DNA of 64,000 nucleotides from Deltaproteobacteria bacterium (GCA_023265625.1 JAHFST010000001.1:97265-161264); one strand, 5' to 3'. Positions 39,501-54,500 are shown, numbered from the stretch's first letter. A program made the numbers and translations. Notes: a model not told the origin generated them from the letters alone.

Positions 39501-42500
39501 CTTGCCGCTGATTTTGAGCCCGTAGTAGACGTCGTTGATATCCACCCCGTTGTTGTTGTAATCGCCTTGCGGTTTTAAGTTCCCTACCCCGCCAATGGCA
39601 TCTCTCAGGGCCACAATATCATCGATGTCATAGATCCCTTTGCCATCGTAGTCTTTGAATGCCGTTGGGTCGACGAAGCCGGCGGCGGCCGTCAGCGGGT
39701 TTTCATAAGTCTTTGCATTGGTAGCAACCTTTGAAGTGCCGGTAAATTCTGTCACCGGGTTTTGCGCGGGATCATCGGTCTTGGTCTGCGCTAGGAAGAT
39801 AAGGGTGCCGAGGTTGATATCATTGCCAGTGGGGTAAGGTTCCGCTAACGACCCATGGAAGATTAATTCCGCAGTTTTGTCCTTTGCAACGCCCTGTTTG
39901 TAAGGGGGAAGCTCTGCGGTAATCGTGCCCGCAGGTGGGTTTTTGATGAGCAGCTTGGTCGGGTCTGCCGGATCCGTGGCCATTTTGAACATGTCTTTGT
40001 CATAGAAGAGGTGGATCTCAAAGCCCTTGAGTTTTTCGTTGCCTACATTGGCACGGAAGGGGAGGAGTGCGCTGCCACCCTTAGGAAAGATTTCGACAAA
40101 ACGTCCCGAGGGTTTTCCTAGATCGACCTCACCCATGCCAGGTTTGAGGTTGATGGCCATTGTGAAGTCTTGCATTGGGGGTGGGATTGGTTTGGCGGCA
40201 TCGCCGGTATCATCCTTGTTAGGATCGATCGTCCAGGTGGTCTTCAAGGCCCCGTTGGCATTTACCATGACCTTCCCGTCAGAGAATACGGCGGCCGGCG
40301 TTGCCTTCATTGTGGTTCCCGCAAATTGGATTTCGGAAGAGGAGACATTGAGGAGAGCTGTCCCGATCGGGTTGCCCTTGGTTATGAGCAGGGCCCGTGG
40401 ATTACCTGTCTTGCTCAGGTTATTGGCATCGACCCGATCCGAGCCAAAGGTGGCAAAGGCCCGCAAGGTGACGGTCTCTCCCTTGATGGCCTGGACGGTG
40501 GCGTCAAATTTAACCTCATCGTTGGTGGGATTGTTTTCCACCTTCGCCTCGCCGGAGAGTCCCAGATTGGTGATTTGGGCATGATAATTGCTGTCAATCT
40601 TGAGGGTTGTCGTCTTCTGGTCTTCCGGGATTGCCGGTGAATTTGAAATGATTGCACTGATTAAGGCCGCTCCATCATTGATGGGTGTCAAAAGGTAGTA
40701 ATCGGGCCACGGAAAATCTGGTTGAATGATATTCTCAATATTCAGAAAACCCGGGGGTATTGACCACTGAGGAACTCCGATTTCAATTTTATTGATTGCC
40801 TGGGGACCCAAGTGGATCTTTGTGTTGTCCGACCAAGTCCCCTCGAGGAACATCCGCACCTTTTGATAGGTCTTGGTATTTTCGATATAGGAGAGGTAAC
40901 TGTCTTCCACCTTGTCATTGAAGTTGCCGCTGTTGAAGTCCTCGTAACTCTTGATGGCGAGTCCGGTCAATGTCATGACATATTTATTTTCACAGAGGAC
41001 ATCCGCCACATCGCTGTGGATCTTGATTGTGAACTTTCCTCCTTTTGCGTCTGGTGCGGCCTTCAGAAGGCAGGTCTTTAGGGCATTTTGGTCAATGACG
41101 GAGTTGCCATCTTCTACCACGCTACAGGTCACCTTGGTGCTGTTGTTAGGCAGTGTGGTGTTCGAGTCGGTCAGTAAGATTTGGAGTTGTCGCTCGGCAG
41201 GGAGTCCCAACAGCATCTTGGCTGGGTCATTGATCGCCCGGGCGATGGGGCCGCAATTATCAGATACGGCATTCATCGGATCCAGCTTGATGATAACCGG
41301 TGAGTGGGTGGTTTGTCCCACTAGGGATGCATCCACATAGACCGTGTTGTTGGGATTGCTCGTTGGTTTCAAGACCTGGAACAAGAGGGGATTGTTGACA
41401 TCTTTTGCTGCCAGACTGGTGACATCGTTGGTGCTGATGCCACCCTTTCCACCTGGTTTGAACAGGTCTTCGGGAAGATCTCCTTCTTCCGTAATGATGG
41501 GGCTATTCGGGTCTAGCGGGTTTTCTTTGTAGGTCAATGTCCCCAGCACCCTAACCTTCATGACCTGTTGATACTTGTTGAGGACATTGGTGACCGTTGC
41601 CCCGCCTCGGGTGCTGCCAAAGGTCTTATCTGCCAACGAATTTAAGGTGACTGCCTTGGCGGAGGGTTGGACGACCGAGCCGGGGGTTACCACCTCCATC
41701 TTGGTTAAGATCAACGGATTGGCTGGATCGGTGGCTGAAACGGTGATGGGGAGGGTGGCGATCGTTTGGGCGGAAATTTCCTTGGTATTAGCCCGGAGTT
41801 TTCCATCCTTGCTCCCGGCGGCGGGACCTGTGACGACTTGGAGGAGTCCCTGCTCCGCTTTGACATCAATGCCCCCCACCGGTTGAATATCCACCTCATT
41901 GATGAGATCGATGACAAGGTCACCTCCCGAGATATTTTTCATCTCGGGGACCGTCCAAGAGAGGTGGAGCCGAGCCGTCTGGAAGGAATCGGTGCCGTCG
42001 ATCTTTTGCAGGTTGGTATCGCTTGCCGTCAATTTCACCTCGTCGGGATTGTCCCAGTTGGGTGTGATTGTCTTGACGAAGATCTTCCTAAATTCAAAGG
42101 TTGATTCGGGATCGATCGGGGTTTTTTTGTAGGAGACAATCAGCTCTGCGGTACCCGATTTTTTTGCCTCGGTCTGGAATTCTCCCTTGCCGGGGTCGGG
42201 GATTGTGATGCCTATCGTAGGTGTAAAAGAGGTATTGGTTGCCGCAAAGTTCAAGGCCTCTCCGGCCGGGGCGGTGATCGAATCATCCGACCGGATCAGT
42301 CGTGTGGCAATGGTTCCCTTCGTTTGATTGAGCGGTGCCGCTGCCCCCGGCACAAAGACCAAGAAAGGATCCGAGGCCCAGGCAAAAAGACCAACGACCT
42401 CCGGTTTGGCCAACGGCAACTTTCCTTCTGCGGTTGTCGAGCCCGTAAAGTCGGCGACCAGCAACGCTTGTTTCTCGCCATCCAATGAGACCTGGACGCC

Positions 42501-45500
42501 CTTTTTACCCGCGAGTGTGGTGATGTGTCCTCCGAATTTTGCTACCAGTGGAGGATTTTCGCCTTTAACGACCTTGAATTTGAGCCGGGCCATTTCGAGG
42601 GTCTGGGGGCCGGTTGGTTCGGTGCTTCCTTCCAGATAGGAGTTGAATTTGACGGATTGATTAAAAAGGATATTACCCTGGGCGTCTTTCTCCTCGGCAA
42701 TGTCAACCTTATGTCCATCTACCTTGGCAAAGTTGACTTTTTGGATATCTTTTCCGTTACTAGTCGCTTGGTATTGCAAGAGATCCTTGTTGAAGTAGAC
42801 GGAGATATCAAAGCTGGTGAGGTTGTCTCCCTCCTTGAGGTGGATCATCACCGGCACCTCGATTTCGTAGCCGGGCATTGGGAGCCGATCAGGGAGCTGG
42901 AGGCCGGCGAAACTCTTCTCCTGGCCGGCATTGTCCTGCGGCCAGGCGAGCTTGGCAACCTTTGGTTTCAAGGTGACCGCCGTGGGTTGCGTCGCCAGGG
43001 CCTTGCCGATGGCTTCCAGGTTTACAGCAACTTTTTTCCCTTCACCCACCGCCAATTTTTGGTACGTGGTGTCGAAGTTGACCTTGGCCTGGTAGATTCC
43101 CTTGTCTGGCGTGGGGCTGGCAGCAACCGAATCCGCACCGACCTTGAGGGAGGGTGGGTTGGAAACGGCCAATGGTTGTCCCTGCTCATCGGTCAAGAAG
43201 ATATAGGCGGTGAGGTTCGAATCATCTTCGTAGACCTCGCTTCGAGAGAGGGTGAGATAACTCCGGGCTGGGTTATCCGTGATAGTGAATGGGGCCGACG
43301 TGCTGTCTCCCGAAATTTTGGCGGTGACCTGCCCAGCCCCTGGGGTGGTGATATCGAGAAAGAGGGCGGTGTAATTCCCATTAAAGCTATCGCTATCCTG
43401 GAGGATTCCCTGCCAGATTCCGGGGAGGATGGAGAAATCAACCAGGGCATGTTTGACCGGGGTTCCGTCTAGGGCGGAATCCTTGATCACTTCGATGTCG
43501 ACTGTAACGTTTACCTTGAGTTTGGTGACATCGTCATGCACCGAGAAGGTGGACTGGTAGACACCCGCGGGTGTCTGGTCGGTTGGTGCCCAGGTGTAGG
43601 TGTTTGTTGCAAGATCAAGCTGGGATCCTGGTGTGGCGGTGTTGTCGACCACCGAGTAGGTCAAGGGATCGCTTTGATCATCCTTGGCCTTCAACAGAAT
43701 CGAAAGGGTGCTTCCCTGGGAGACGGTGTATTTTTTGCCGAATTCGTCGGGCCAGTACGGGGGGGTGTTGCTGAGGTCACCCGTGCAATCGCCGACTCCA
43801 TTGAAGTCTGGGTCTAAGCATTTTTGTCCCGCGGCGCAGCCATTAGGATTCGGAGGCTGAATTGACGGATCGCAGGTGCCCCCACCGAGGCAGACGCTAT
43901 TGTTGACGCAGGTCTGGCCATTTGGACAGCCGGACTGGCTGTCGCAGGGCTTGGGGGGCATACAAACACTATTCAGGCAGGTTTCTCCGTCTGCAAACTT
44001 ACAGTCGGTGTTCACGCTACATCCCTTGTTGGGGCAGATGATCTGGTCCCCCACTTGTTTGCAGGCCTGGCACTGCTGGCCATCGCAATACTGACCCTCC
44101 TTGCAGTCGGATCCTTCATCACACGTGATTCCGGGATCGACGCAGAGTTTGTTGACACAGACCTGCGGGGCACATTGGCCATTGTCTTGGCAGGAGGGAG
44201 GGGCCTTGCAGAACCCGTTCAGACAAATTTCGCCATCCTGGCAAATATCGGTGGGTTTGCAAGGTTCATTGTCCTTGAGCTTGCATTGATTGCCTTGGCA
44301 AATTTGATTGGCGTTGCAATCGCCATTGTCAGCTGCGTCGCAGACTGATCCAACATCCGTGCAGGTTTTATTGACACAGGTCTTGCCGAGGCCGCATTGA
44401 TCGTTGTTGTCACAAGGTGGACCGGGGATACATTGTTTATTCTGACAAATTTTACCGACATCGCAATCGCTGGTCTGCGTGCAGGAAGGCGGACCGTTGG
44501 GATCGACGTCGAAGGAGGTGAGCCCGATGGTGTTGGAACCTTGCAATCCCTTTGCCTCGCGGAAGGCATTTTCCTGTTTGGTGTCTCCATTCTTCTCTAG
44601 GGTACGGACGACGACGGCCACTGGGATATTTTTCTCAACGGCACCGAGTTTTTCCGCCGTGACACCGTAGCGTCCTCCTCCCAGGGGTTTCGCCTTGACG
44701 TCGGCGAATTGAGGGCCGGCATCGGGTTCTTTGCCAGCGTCAGGATAGACCCAGTTTTGGGCGTTGCCAGAACCAATCTCAAAGAAGACCTCCGTGGTGG
44801 CCGGATCCGGCGGGAGCTGGACGGACTGGGCATTGAAATCTCGGCTGTGGAGTTCCACCACGAACTGGGCCTTGGTGTAATCGTTATTGTAGGGGTAATT
44901 AACTATCGGTTTGGCGACCCCCGTGGTCGGGTCGATCTCCCCCGTGACAAAGTGGGTGGCCCCAACCCCCATGCGGTTGAGATAATAGGCGTCCTGCCAG
45001 GTGAGGTCGCCGTCGGTGTAGATATCGTAATATTTGAGGAGCGATGGATTGGCGATCAGGTTATTTTTTGCGTCGGTCTTGGTGGAGACATTCAGGGCCG
45101 CGGCGGCATCGCTGATGTCTACTTTTGGAAACTTGCCTTCCTCAAAGAAGGCATCGCCAAAGAAGGTGGTGGGGTCGATGTCACCGGCGCCGGCAACGAT
45201 TTGTTGCACATCTTTTGCGAGCATTGGTTGGCCATCGGGCGCCACCACTTTTTCCAAGCCGCGGATGGGACTCCAATTGGCGGCCTTCTGGTCGAGGGCC
45301 GCCTTGGTGATGAAATTGATGTCAAAGAGGGAGAGTGCGTCGTTGGGGGCGAGTGGGGTGGCATTTAAGAAGCTGACCTTGATGCCCGCCAAACCTTTCC
45401 AATCTTCTGGAATATCCGAGTCGTTGGTTTGTTGTGAATTGTCCCAATACTCACAGGCCAGTGAACCGGAGAGGCCCTTTGCCAAGGTAATGGCATTGGA

Positions 45501-48500
45501 GCAATCCGCTAACTTTTGTGCCACATCGATGATTTTCTTATCGTAGAAGAGCCGTAGGTCGACGCCCTGGGTTGGTCCCGCAAACCCGGTGGTGGCGATG
45601 CGCACGGGGAGGGTGAAGGTTCCTACCTTGGCATTGAGATCAAAGGCATGGCCCAATGGATTTCCGAGGTCGATGTCGCCCGTGGTCGGGATGAGATTGA
45701 CCGGGAGCTTTTGGTTGACACTGACCTGGAAGGCTTCTCCCTGATCGACCTTATCTTTGAGATTCATCAAGATACGGCCCACGCCGTTGTCGTGGGCCTG
45801 GATGCGGCCGGAATTGAGGTCGAGTGCGGTGACAAAATCTTTGCGCTTCAGGTTGACAAAATTGGTGGCGGACCCGGAGACATCCTCCGTGGTAAAGGAC
45901 ACCATGTCGTCATAATCGTGTTGGCCATTCTGGGTGATGAGGGTGTGGACGTTGTCGTCTGAAAAGGTGGCGTAGGTGATCATCCTGACTTCGTTATTTG
46001 GGTCCTTGACGCCGCGGTAGGTCGGGTTGGTGGGGTCGCCGTTGCAGGTGCCGCCCAAGGTGATGGTGTTGTTGGCCTCGCAGGTTCGTTTCCAATCGAT
46101 GCGCAGCTCCTTAATGTTGACCGGTTCTTTGGAGACGGTGATGGGTAGCCCGAGGCTCTTCATCTTGCCCAAGATCGCGATGAGTCCGATTTTTCCGTCG
46201 TCGATTTTGGCCTTGATGCGATTGGTGGGGGTAAAACCATCGATGCCACCTACCTCGATGATCCCTTGCAAGTCCGACTGATCGGCGATGGTGTCGTCCC
46301 CGCGCAGAATGACCTGGGGATCATTTTCGTCGTTGCGGCTGGCGGCGATCTTGTCTGAGACATCGAGTGTGGAATTATCCGAGAAAGTGACGATGACCTT
46401 GGCATCGGCCTGTTGATAGTAAGGACCGTTCTCGATCTTGGAGAGGAAATTTTCTGGTGTCGGATTCAAGCTCGGAGGGGTGTAGGTTTCGTAGCTTTTA
46501 AGCGAGAGCGATTGATAGCTCACCACATTCACCGTGAAGGGGAAGGTGAGCGCGGGCCAGAGCGAGATGTTGAGGGACATGGTTTCACTTCCGGTCCCGG
46601 ATGGCCAGTTGTTGATCGTTTTAATGGAGGCGAAGTGAAATTCCGTCCCTGCTTCATTTTGGGTGAAGCCGACCAGGAAGTCGGCGGGGAGCATCTTGGG
46701 ATCGTGGTTCCAGCCTGAGTTGTAGGTAAGATCTTGGCAGCCGTCCCCTGTGACCTTTCCGTCCGGGGTGATCGCGCAGACTCCTCCCTTCATGTTTCCC
46801 ACCACCCGATAATCGGGATTTTGCGGGATCTGTTTCAGGGCGGAGGTAATCTCGTCGCCATTCAGGGCGATGGTGTAGGCACCGGTCGTTTTGGCATACT
46901 GGCCAGCCGTTCCTTTCACCCAGATTTCCACCTTCTTCGGTTGGGCGAATTGGACCTTCACAGTGGCCGCCTGTTCAGGGAGATCCTTCCACTTGGCCTT
47001 GAGATCGGTTGTTCCACTGCCGACGGCGGTGACCTTGGTGCCGTCCACCGAGACCACATTCGGGTTGCCCGAGGCTAGCGCACTCTCGCCGGTTACATCC
47101 ACCCGGTTACCGTTGGGAAGGATTCCATACACCGTGGCCTGGACCGTCTGTCCTATTTCGGTGAAGAGGGAAGAGACACCCGCCTTGACTTCCATGTTGT
47201 TGGCCGCCGGATCAAGCGTGTCCGGGGGAGGGGTGATGGGACTGACCCCGACATGGGCTGGGACGACCACCTGGAGCGAAGCGGGGACGGTGGATGCATT
47301 GGGATCGTAGCCCAATGTGAGTTTGGCGGTTTGCGGGAGTTTTGGATCGGCGGTCAGGAAGGTGAATTCACAATCGTTTTGTTTCGCCCCGCCGGAGAGG
47401 CTCACATAGCCCGCCTTGAGCGTGATATCGCCTTTGTCGCAATTGGTGACTTGGAAATCGGAACTGTCGAGCTTCCCGGTGATGTTCCGGTTTACGCTTT
47501 GGAGATCCCCCGTATATTCTCCCACGACACGGAATTGGAGGAGTTCGTCTTTGCCCAAGGTGATGGGTTTCTTCAGGTCAACGGGGAGCGCCTCTACCCA
47601 GATTTCGTGGAGTTGGAGGTTGCGCACCGGCAAGGTGTTGCTGAGGACCTGCTCTCCCTGCTTAACGGTCAGGTCGGTTTTGCCTTCCTGCGCGCCGTTG
47701 GTGAAACGATTTTTGGGGGATTCTTGCGCGACAATTATCTGGGGATTGCCGGAGATCAGTTTGAGGTCTTGATCGAATGGATCTTCCCCGAACGCCATGG
47801 AGTCGCCGAGTGGTTGGTTCGGGTCGTTGGTGATATGTCTGACTGAGACCTCGCCTACCTCTTTACCGGATTCTCCCTCTAGGGGGCTGCTATCAAAGAG
47901 CTGATTGCTGTTCGTTGTCAGGAGGAGGCCGCGGAGTGTCTTGGCGATGACATTGACTTGGCCGGAATTGTCGATCCCTCCGTTGCCGTCCCAGACCTTG
48001 AGCGGCGATCCTTTGGGGACGGTGAGAGGTCCTGCCACCAGATCGGCTGTCAAGGCTCCGGAGAAGTTGAGCGCTCCCGGGGCGGTTTGTGCGTTGACCA
48101 TGAAGGTGGCCTCGCCCAGGGTGATGGTCCCCTTTTTCGACGGCACATCATCCGTGGCGCTGAAGGTGATGTCGGTGGCATTGGCAGACGCCGATTTTAG
48201 GGTGAAGGGGTCGGGAATTTGCGGAGCGCCGATGACGCTCACCAAGGCGGGGTCAAAGTTGATCTTGGCCCCGTATCCTTTCAGGGGACTGGCCACGTTG
48301 GTTCGGATGGCGGCTTGAAATGTTTCTCCGGGGATCATCGCCTTGTTCGGCAGTTCCAGCCAAATGTCACCCGCTTGTTCAATGAAGGCGGGGGAACCGA
48401 TGCCGGTGACGGTGATCTTTTGCGAGGTCTTCGCCTGAGGCGTTTCCGGCAAGGCGGTGGCGGAGAGGAGAAACTTGGTGCCGTCGGGGAAATCAATGTA

Positions 48501-51500
48501 CGCTATTTTTTTCAGGGCGATTCCGTTCGTGTCGGTGGTGACGGTCCCTTCATCCAATTCTTGTCCCCCCGCAACATTGGTAAAGGCGCAGGGGACACCC
48601 GCCACCGGATTGCCCAGGGCATCGGTGACATAGGCGTACAGGGAAACGGACGATTTCGTGTCGACCGCCTTGTTTTGCACGTAGAGTTTGTCGGTGCTGG
48701 CGATCAGGGTGATTTGATCGACCGCCCCCGCCTTGGTGGCGAAGGGAAGAGTCCCGCTCCCTCCCTGAGAAACATCGGCGGTCACCGATCCTGACCCGAC
48801 CGTGGTGAGATTCAGGAGGTGGCTTTGGTAATAGCCTGGTTGGGCCGGGTTGGCGGTGGTTAGTTCTTCGACCAAGTCGTTGGGTAGTCCAAGGGTGGCA
48901 TTGAAGCCGAGGTTGGCCCCGGAGACCGCGAGGTTCCCCAGATCGGTGGCGGCATCACAGGCATCTCCTACCCCGTCGTTGTCACTGTCGACTTGGTCAT
49001 TGGCCACGTTGGGGCAGTTGTCCTTATCGTTCGGGACACCGTCCGCGTCGATGTCATCATTGCTCTTGTCGCAGGTATCTCCGATCCCGTCCCCATCGGC
49101 GTCGTCTTGCACAACTTTGGGAGGGACGATTGGGTTCGAGGTGGCGGGGCAATTATCTATATTGTTGTTGATCCCATCCCCGTCCTGATCCTCATCGCAG
49201 AGGTCTCCGATCCCATCTTTGTCGGCGTCGGATTGATCGTTGTTGGCGACCGATGGACAGTTGTCGGCGGCGTCGGAGATTGCGTCATTGTCACCATCCC
49301 CCACGCACTGCGCGGGGTTGAGCTGGGTATCGCACAACGGGGCATTTGCGGGACAATTGACTCCCGGAGTGTCGCAGGGAGGCAGGCAGATTCCCCCCTG
49401 GCAACTGGTCCCGGTGACGCATTCCTCGTTGGCCACGCAAGAGCCACCCGAGTCCGTTTTGCAGACATTCTGCTCACATTTTTTCCCCTGGCCACAATCG
49501 TTATCCACTTGGCAGCTTCCCGGTTTGATGGCGCAGGCGTTGTTTTGGCACGATTGACCAGCGCCACAATCCCCATCCACACTGCAAAACTTGGCAACAC
49601 AGCTTCCCTTGCCGTCGGCCCCTATTTTGATCTTGTCGCAAGATTCATTGGAGGCACACTGTACCCCGGCGCAAGGATCCGGTGGTATCTTGCAGACGTA
49701 GCCCGCGGCAATATCGCATTTCTCACCCACCAGTAGGTTGCAATCAGCATCCAGCTCACAGGCCACCGGCTGGCAGGTCTTGCCGCCGCCAACCTTATCG
49801 AGACAGGCCTCTTTGTTGACGGGGCAGTCCACATCCCCTTGGCAGGATTTGGCACCATTGATCCCCTTGACGGCTAAGGCCTTGGTGACTGTCACCAGGT
49901 TACCGACCGTCTTACCGGCCACGATGGAGAGATGCTCATAGGTGATTTTCACTGTAACGGCGGTGTCGTTTTGAATGTCCGCTAGCGGGGCTTGGTAGAC
50001 GGCGAAAATTTTTCCCGCCACATTTTCGTCCTTGGTCTGTGTGGCGGTGAACTGGGTGGTGCCGTCGCTGAATGTGAAGAGAGGCTTGCCTTGAGCATCC
50101 GTCTCCGTCAGTTCAAAATGGACGTTGGTATCTTGTTTAATCGGCTGGCCCTTGGCATCGGTAAGGTCGGTGAAGACGCGGTATTTTCCAACACCGTCTT
50201 CCTGGGCGTAGATGTCGACGAAGGAGAAGGCCCCTGAAACTACTTGGAGGGCGCTGCCGGTGTCCGGTGGCAACACCTTGCCATCTTGGTCGAAGTCGGC
50301 CTGGTCGCATTTTTCAGCAGGGTTGATCTTGGGACAGACGAATTGGCCGCCTTTATCTTGGATAAATTTCTGGATCTCGACGACGTCGGTGATGGTGAAG
50401 CCCCCCTGGCTGTTGAAGTCAAGGACCGGGGCGGGATCGATCCATCCGGCCCCCGCCTCCATGACCCCCGGCTTGTCCCCCGCTACGGAGAGGGTGAAGG
50501 TGCCGCTCAGTTTCGTGTAGGGGGCGGCGGCCTTTTTGAGGATGTTGAAGCTCAATTCACCCAGCTTGACCTGCCCCTTGTTGCCTGCCGGCACGAGTCC
50601 GGAGAAGTGGACGTTGGCCCGCAGGTTGGGTTCGGGATTTTGCGGATCGAAGTTTGGTGTGACTGATGGCGGGGCGCTCCCGGCGGGGAGATTCTTCATC
50701 GTGATGGAGGCGAGCTCCATGAATTCGGGGTTGAAGAAGAGGGTGATGTCGTAGCCGTTCAACTCCTTGGCGGGATCGCCGGTGGAGGCAAAAACGGGAA
50801 GATCGATCGAACCGGTCGCAAGGACGTCGACAAACCGACCGGTGAAGGGTCTTTTCGTGGTTGGTCCTATATTGCCAATGTCAACGTCCAGTTTATTCGT
50901 CTTGAGATTCGTGACTAACGCGTAGTCCTGCGTTGGGGCCGCGGCCCCCACATTTTTGTTCAGCGTGACGGTGATCTTGGCGGCCCCGTTTTCGAGGATT
51001 TGCAGCATGGCCTTATCGTTGTCGACCACTTTGATCGGCTCACCGATTAGGGCGGGAGCCACGTCCTTCATGGCCGGGAGGGGGATCACGCTGGACGTCA
51101 GATTCAGGAGTCCGGTCACGGTGATATTGGTCAGGTCGCGATGCGTCCCGTCGGCCAAGGTGGCGATGACACCGAGCGGGGTGACGGACAATTTGGGAGC
51201 GGAAAAGGTGGCGGCAAATGGGCCATCCTGCAAATTAGTCGGGATGGGGAATTGGTCAATCGACCCGAGGGGAAAACTGATAACGGCCAAGTTGGTGATG
51301 TCCACCGATCCCTCCTCCACGAGGATGGATGTCTCCCCTTGGATTGGGTTGAGGGACAGCGTCTTACCCGCAATGGAGAGCATGATTTTACCCGCAGGAT
51401 CGCCCGAGCTGTTGCTTGGGATGATAAATAAGGTGAAGGGCCAACTGGTGCCGGGATAAGCTGGGACTATTCCAAATGGGTCCAGATAGTTGGGAAAGCT

Positions 51501-54500
51501 CAGGCTGAGTCCCGCTTGTTTCAGTTGGACGAATTGATTTGCGGTCAAGATCAAGGGGGCATTAGGGACACCGGGAAGGTCATCGCTCCAGACCGGTCGG
51601 AGGGTGAGTCTGCCCCTTTGGAACCGGTCCGCCTGGTTGGCTCCCTCGATCACCCGAAACAGGAAGGCGCCGTCTTTCTTGGGCTGGGCGACTGCATTTT
51701 TGAAACTTGCGGGGCCTCCGAGGTCAAAGTCCTCCCAGACCTCCATCTTGAGATCCTTGAGGGTCACGACCTGAAATTCACAGGTCTGCGGGGTGACGCC
51801 GAAGAGTCCGCCGACGTCGAGCTCCAGTTTGACCGGTCCGACCCCGGTCCCTTTGCTGGTGACCGTGACCTTTCCAGCCAGATCCGGTGCTCCCACGGTG
51901 ATAAGGTCTCCTCCAGAGATTGGAGTGACCTTCACAAGGGGGAGGATGGTCTTTGCGTTGGTCTGAACGACGAGGGTAGCCGTGGTCGGAAGTCCGCGCA
52001 GGAGTGCGGATGCATCCCCCGCCGTAACCGCCATCCCTCCCGTCGGGCACCCCTGATTCGGATTGAGATCCGGTTTGGGGATGTCAATCACTACCTGGTT
52101 CTGGTGGGGAATCTTGAGCGTCTCCCCGAGATTTTTCAAGTTGGCCCGGACGAAATAAGGTTTGTCCCCGTTGGAGGCGAGCGCCTTGATCCGCGTGTGG
52201 GTGTTGTCGGTGAATGTGGCAAAGGGCTGTGGATTGCCCACCTCGTCAACCAGCGAGATCTCATCCGGTGAGAGCAGGGGAGTGATATCGCTCCAAATTT
52301 CCTTCCCTCCCTCGTCAAACAAGGCCCAGAAGCTGAGCGGGACCTCTTGGAACGGTTGTGAAAGGTAATTAGTGACCGTCGCTAACCCCTCTCCCTTGCC
52401 AAAATTGGGATCGGTCCCATCAAGGATGGAGAGCGGAAGAGGTGGCTTAAGGTCGACATGCCCCGGGATGGTGACATAGATGGTGGCGGGCTGTTTTTCC
52501 ACCTGCGTGATGGCAATGGTGGTTTTGGTTGCGTTGACGGGGTTTCCGTTCAGTGTAACCACCACGTTTTCGCTAGATTCTGCCCCAGGCGCCCCCTTCA
52601 CGCCGATCAGCGAACCATACAGGGGATTTGCGGCATTGACCTGAGAGAGAGAGAGAGAGTTCGAGACCTGGAGTCCGATCTTGGCAAGTCCGGTAAGGTT
52701 GATTGGCTCCACCGCGCCGCCGAAATCGGTGTAGACAAAGGCGCGGGCGGTCTGCCAGAGGGACGGGTTGACCCCGCTGAATCGGTCCAGGGTGGTGTCA
52801 CTCACAAAGAGTTTGATCTGATCGGAGGCCAGTTTCCAAGCCGTCACGCCAATCCCGTCAAAATTCTGTGCGTTGTTGTAGACCGCTTTCAGGGTATCGT
52901 TGCCGCTCTTGGCGACGCTGTAATTTCCCTGATCGGTTTGGATGACTTGTCCTAATGGGATGAGCGAGATGGTCTTTGCCGAATCAGGATCGAAGATCCC
53001 CTTGCTGGTGACCACCCGGAGTTCCACGGAGGAGGCCTTGGGGGGTGCGCCGGCCAGGGAGAGATCGATCAGGTAGCTGTCCTTGGCCCAGGCGAAGATT
53101 CCGCGGTCGACCACTGGCTTGACGGTCACCTGGCCGGAGGCGTCGGTGACCCCCGTCTGATCGGCCACGGAGAGGGTAGCCGAACCGTACTCGGGGAAGT
53201 TTCCTCCCGTTTTGTGGTAGAGGGTGGCACCCCCTGTGGCGGTTGGTGTGACGATGGCCATCACCTTCGGATCGACTTGGACGGTCAGGAGGGCAACCTC
53301 GAGTTTTGCGCCCGGCCCGATCGTGTCTGGGCAGCTACTTGTGAAGGCGACGGAACCGGTATTCAAACCGTTGGGTGTATAAGCCTGGAAACAGCTGGCA
53401 TCCTTCCCCTTGTTGATCTGCGTGACGGTCAAGGGGGGAGTAAAATCAATCTTGAAAAAGAAGCTGTGGAGGTTCTTATCTCCCGTATTGACATAAAGCG
53501 GGACGGTGAAGGTCTCACCGGGAAGCAGCGGGCGTTGCGGGAGCTGGATCCCGGCGGTCTCTGCGGGGAGCTGGAGTAGTTCCTTGGCAGGGATGAAGGT
53601 GATCGGGACCTGCTGGGCCGGGTCGAGTTTGATGGCCCCCTGGTTGGCCTGGACACTCAAGGTCCCGTTTTTGGAAAATAACATCTCCTGTTGGTAGAGA
53701 CCGGCGGTCGTCTTGGTGGCGTTACCGGCCGGTTGGCCATCCACCAGAAACTGAACGGAGTCGGGATCGACCGGCCGTCCGCTGCTGTCGGTCACAAAGG
53801 CGAAGGCCTTGATCTTTTCTCCACCTGGTGCCGATGATTCCGGCGTGTAGACCTCGCCCCGATTGGTCAGGAGGTGGAGCTTGGCCGGTGTCCCCTTGAC
53901 CAGCCAGGGTTGTGGCACGGCGGTCCCGCCGGCTGGGATGGTGGCCTGCAAAAAGGCGGAACCGGTCCGAGCGACATCCAAGATTTTTTCTTGATAGCTT
54001 CCGGCCTTTTCCTGAAGCCAGAAGGCCTGATGGGGACGTCCCAGATCGGGATCCTTGCCGGCGATGTCTTTGATCGCGAAGTCGAGCGTGGCCCCCTTGA
54101 CCGGTGACCCCTTCACGGTGGATCCTTTGGCGACAACATTGATGGTGAAGGTGACGGTGATCTTGTCTTTCGGTTTCCCGGTTGGATCCAAATCATTGAT
54201 GGTGAGGGTGAAGGTTTTTTCTCCCAGGTCCTCCTGTGTGACGGGCCCCCAGGCGAAGACCCCAGCCGGGGTGATTTGAGCCTTGATCCCTGGTGGCGGG
54301 GTCACCTCGAAGAGGAGCCCATCCTGGTCAGGATTCAATGTCTGGGCGCCAAAATCGATCGAGACGGTGGCGTCAACTTCAAAAGGTCCGAATTTTTTGG
54401 GGCCCTGATACACGGGGAGTTGATTGGAGTTCGGGAGTTGGCAGCTGCCGTTTATCTCTCCCACGGGGATGTTGCAGACCTCTTCCCCTTTGCAGTCCTC

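Noticed and set aside
38430-49330. Short periodic DNA repeats in the TSP3 regions that could mimic a CRISPR array
   Set aside because: The repeats are degenerate codon-level repeats of a protein motif (GAYxxxGAYGGx) inside an ORF. There are no identical direct repeats with unique spacers.
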